Assembly: GCA_028534125.1 (NCBI GenBank)
Contig: CM052818.1
Location: forward strand, 17,608,001-17,672,000
Length of the DNA stretch: 64,000 bases
Origin: Lama glama
Taxonomy: Eukaryota
Direction: 5' to 3'
In this document: positions 59,986 to 64,000 of the stretch, piece by piece
Position numbering within the stretch: position 1 is the stretch's first letter
How the letters are laid out: every line of letters starts with the position of its first letter
Notes under the pieces: generated by a model
What the model saw: the letters and a program-made list of their open reading frames with translations, nothing else
Told to the model about the DNA's origin: nothing
Databases searched by the model: none
Made by a program: the position numbers and the translations under genes

Positions 59986-62900
59986 AATATTTTTAAAGGG
60001 AACATCATAAAAGATGGGGCGTTTGAGCTAAGTCTTGATAAATAAGTAGTATCCAGCTGGACTGGGGGGAAAAAAAAGGTCCTATGAGCCAGGCATGAGG
60101 ATAGAACACTTATTGGTGTATGGGGACTGGGAGACAGCAATGAAATTATGACTGTAACTTCATTGGAGAGAAATGGAAAACAAATTGGAGTAGGCAGCTT
60201 TGGGCAGACCATGAAGAACTGTAAGAATAGTGGCCATATTGGTACTTCAATAAACACCATGACAATGTCCAGGGTTCTAATAAACCCTTATGGGCACAAT
60301 GACCAGGTAAAAGCTCTTTGAAGCTTGTAGATGCCTAAGCTGCAGCCATACAGCCATGATCCTATGGCTACGAGGGAGATGCTCTCTCCAGCTGAGAGAG
60401 ATGAGGGAGAATGTGTATGTTCCTTTGTCTCTTCATTTTCAGTGTCACCAAAGTCACACCTGGTGTGACTGCCCATCGCCTTTTCTGTGTGGTACCATTA
60501 GAGGTAGCAGCCTGTCCAGGTTGGTGGTCTCTGTACTCCTGACACGTGATGAATTTTTCTGTGGTTAGCACCCCTTCTCATGCAATGCCGAGATTTCTGG
60601 TGAAGATGATGATTGTCCCAAACCCACAATGGTGGCCCCTGCATTTCCCTTCAAACACACGCTTTGGTGGCTCAGAAAGTATCAGAGGAAAATGTTAGTC
60701 CCAGCAGCCAGGCAGGTGGTGAAGGCTTATTGATTTCCAAGTTCTTTCTGGATCTCCAATTGACCAGATAAAGGTTGAGATGTTTCGGACATGACCCCCC
60801 TCAGGCCTTTTGTTTGACCTGCAGTAGCAAACTTCAAAATGCACAAGGCATGAGTGGAGTTGGTGGGAAGGGAAGATGAAGACAGGAGAGATTTGAAACA
60901 CCCAGCCTTCATCAAACTTCAAAAAAACCACAACATGAGTTGAAATTAGTGGATATCATATAAATTACTGCCTACCTGCTTCCCTGCAACTGTGGCATTT
61001 AAACATGCGTTCTTGTGGGTGATTACATCAAAATTGTTTCTTTTAGCCTATGATGTATTGAAACACAAAAATGGAAAAAATAATACATTTTTTTTTTGAC
61101 GATGGGGAAAAAATGCTAATCTCAATTCACAAACACTGCAGGAGCCTACAGTTCCAATTTTCTTTTCACAGTATTAATGAAACTGGGTACTGGAAAAGTC
61201 AAATCTTCCCTTATAAATCTACAATCATTTTCAAGGCTAGTCTAGAATTATAATAACTTCCACATCTATTAAGACAGAGTACAGAACTCTGGTCTAATGA
61301 AATTATTTTAGGCAACTTTTTTTCTTTGGTGGGGTGGAGACAGAAATTTAAAATTGATTGGTTGTAATTTAATGTATGATAAAACCAGAAAGGCTGGTGG
61401 GAAAGTCTTAAGTGGTAAAAAATTCAGTAAATGCATCTTTCCAATCGTTTTTAAAAAGATTATTGTAAGACAGGATGCCTAATAATTCAAGGACACCAGA
61501 ATGCTGTATGTTGAATTTTATGGAGTTTTATAATCTTTGTCTACCCCTCCTGATCTGAAATATATAGCTTAAGTTCCATTTTTTTAAAATCATTGGTATG
61601 TTTTATTCTTTATTATTTCTTCAGGCTGGTAACCTCTTGCAATTTTTTTTTCTTAAAGCTCAAAAGCTGACTTTTCGTTGTTATCAGTATATAGTGAGAC
61701 TCTCACTGCATCCTTGACATGACGGGGTCATGGTTGATGATGTTGCTATACACTAGCAGTCTATGCTGAAGAAATAAAGCCAGCAATAAAAACGGCCTGG
61801 AAACTGCAATCTCACCCTGCAAAGCTAACTTTGGAAACAACATAAATATAATGAGGTTACAGTGAAAGAACAGCTCATCCAAGTATACAAAATAGTTTCA
61901 TAAAAGTGACAATTTGAGTGATAAAAAGAGCATTTGTTGACATTGGTTATTGCCTTGGCGAACTCATCATTGGAAGTACAAGGTCCCGCCACCCAGCAAA
62001 CCCTCATTTTATGTGACAGGAATTAGGACTTTAAGCACGGTTTCTTGTGTGGTGCTATCAAAACATAAATCAAGAATAACTTTATTAACAGTATTTGATT
62101 TCTGTTTTTAATCGCAAAAAACAGCTAAAGGATATTATACACTTTCCATTGCACAGTGAAACATCTTTGGAAAAATTTGTTAATGTTCAAAAATGTATCT
62201 TTCAAAATGCAGAGTTATTTTAGAACATCAGTTGTGAATCATGTTGCTAACAAGGGCCCTGTTCTCCCCACGTGCATCCCTTAAGGTTATGACTAGACAC
62301 AGTCTGACAGCAGCAAGCTGGTAAATGCAGGCGCCAGTGCAGAGCGGATGGCTTACGTGCTACTCAAATTCCCGGCTTCACAACAAAGCCTGCTTTTAAG
62401 TTGGTGACAAAATATTCTTGCTTTTGATAAAGCATATAATTTTATTCTGTAAACAAATTTAGAAAGTTAAACATTAAAGTAAAGCATGCCAATATAAAGC
62501 ACCAGTAAGGACAGTTTGTGTTTTTTTGTTTTCTGTTTTTCGCACCAATAAGGACAGTTTTAAAATGTGGTGTGAAATTAGGAACTTGGCGGTACGTTTT
62601 ATCACTCACTGGACACCTTGCTGAGTAATGGGTCCAGTCCCAGAGGCAAATCCCTGACCCACGGCTGGCCTGGCCTTTAACCTGAGTGGGGAGGGACACA
62701 CCCGCTGTGCTCTCTGAGGGCCACCTTGAGGTAAGGTGATAAGCCGCCAGTGGGAGCGGGATGCACAGAAGAGGTGGGGAAGTAGGAGGAAGACTAGAGA
62801 AGACCATAGACTGGGGGTCAGAGGCCCAGAGGTGGGTGGGGAGAAGACTCTCCACACAGTCCTCTCCGCTCTGGACTCCAGCCTGTTGGCCCCACAACAG

Positions 62901-63889
62901 GTTTGTCCCATAGTGCTTCTCAGCCGGGTCTAAATTAGTTTCTATTTGGGGAAATGATGTTCTTTCACAGATGCAGTACCGAGGACTGTCAAATGTAAAG
63001 AAAGAACATACATCAGGACAATTGCTTTTTCTGTGGTGGTAGTTTTAAAATAACAATTCAGCAAGTTTAAGTTAAAATTTTGAATATTTCCACTTTTAAT
63101 TCTTTATGCAGAGCAGCAAATGCATTTATTATTCTTTTTGCACACTAAGGCACTGGGCTGTGCCTTTTGCACTTACGGTGCATTTTCCACAGTGAATTAT
63201 TATCTGATATGAATAAATTGGTTTAGGGTATAATGTGGAAATATGTTAATAACTGCCCCAGCACCTGAAAGACTATGCCTATCTAAGTAATCACAATAAT
63301 CATTCAACAATGAAAAACAAGAAAATTTATCGAGCCAGCTTTCAGGAATCTTGACAAATCTGGGCCAAAGCAGACCATGTGGCCAATTAGAGACCATCAA
63401 ATCTTGACAAATATTTAAGAGAGAATTAAAAATCAGCTTTCATCTGTCCTTAAGGTAACACAATCTGTGCACAAGTCCCAGGAATATTTCCCTAGCCATG
63501 TGGCTGAAAGTGGCTTATTTGAAGAAGGTTATAACCCTTGTGACAACTGTTTGTCCTCATCACCATAATCGATAATGTCTGAATCACTGAGCAACAATGC
63601 CAGCAAAAGTCAAAAGCCTTCATATTGCCATGAAGGTGTGGAAATGCACTTTCTGCAAAGCGAGTAGTGTTTGCACTCTGTTCTGTTGCTCTGAGGGGTA
63701 CGTGATGGCTAGCATCCTTCCGTAAAGTGGACGTGCTCAATTACATGGGAATCCTTTGGTATCTAAAATAATCTATTGTTATAGTGTTTGCATAGATTGT
63801 GTGTGATTCGTGATTTTTTTTAACTTTATGAATCATTAAAATAGGATATAAATGGGCAGAAACACTTAGGATATTTCATCTACTCTTTT

Positions 63890-63911
63890 TTGTTTTGTTT
63901 TGTTTTGTTTT
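63890..63911. repeat. (GTTTT)n simple repeat
   Basis: tgttttgttttgttttgtttt. Confidence 0.85.
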
Positions 63912-64000
63912 TTTGGCTAGCGACCTAGCCACAAACCAAAGTCTGGGGGCCACCAGTGAAGCTGAATACTTGCCCATCTCCAGTTACACTGAATAAGGTG

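Larger units (their letters stand above)
48266..64000 (+). other. NRXN1: NRXN1 last intron (partial)
   Basis: The terminal exon (ANPTR...TM...EYYV) was not found before the window end. A 500-N gap at 52943 makes contiguity beyond it less certain. Confidence 0.75.

Noticed and set aside
550-63740. All ORFs in the supplied six-frame track
   Set aside because: Short, mostly TTG/GTG starts, many inside repeats, with no recognisable domains. The real exon is not among them.

Overview
Mammalian, not prokaryotic, DNA: a 64-kb slice of the 3' part of the neurexin-1 gene (NRXN1, + strand). The only coding sequence I can support is the penultimate NRXN1 exon at 48178-48265 ([26 protein letters not shown][GGL]). 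It encodes the heparan-sulfate serine and Cys-loop stalk and has the two tandem donors of splice site 5 (SS5). Everything else is intron. Two tRNA-Ala-derived Vic-1-type SINEs and lineage-type L1 3' ends point to a camelid (alpaca/llama/camel). The intron carries the usual eutherian repeats (MIR, L2, L3, L1M, MER20, MER5A, MLT1, MER21, MER67-like, MER41-like) and four assembly gaps, two of exactly 500 N. The supplied ORFs miss the real exon and look like noise. I found no evidence for a new multi-gene system. The best leads are testable hypotheses: an in-frame read-through stop right after SS5, candidate internal first or poison exons (the NRXN1-gamma promoter is expected in this intron), a dense neural TF-motif chain at about 42.1 kb, and a rearranged twin-primed L1. 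Repeat subfamily names and edges come from remembered consensus sequences and are approximate.
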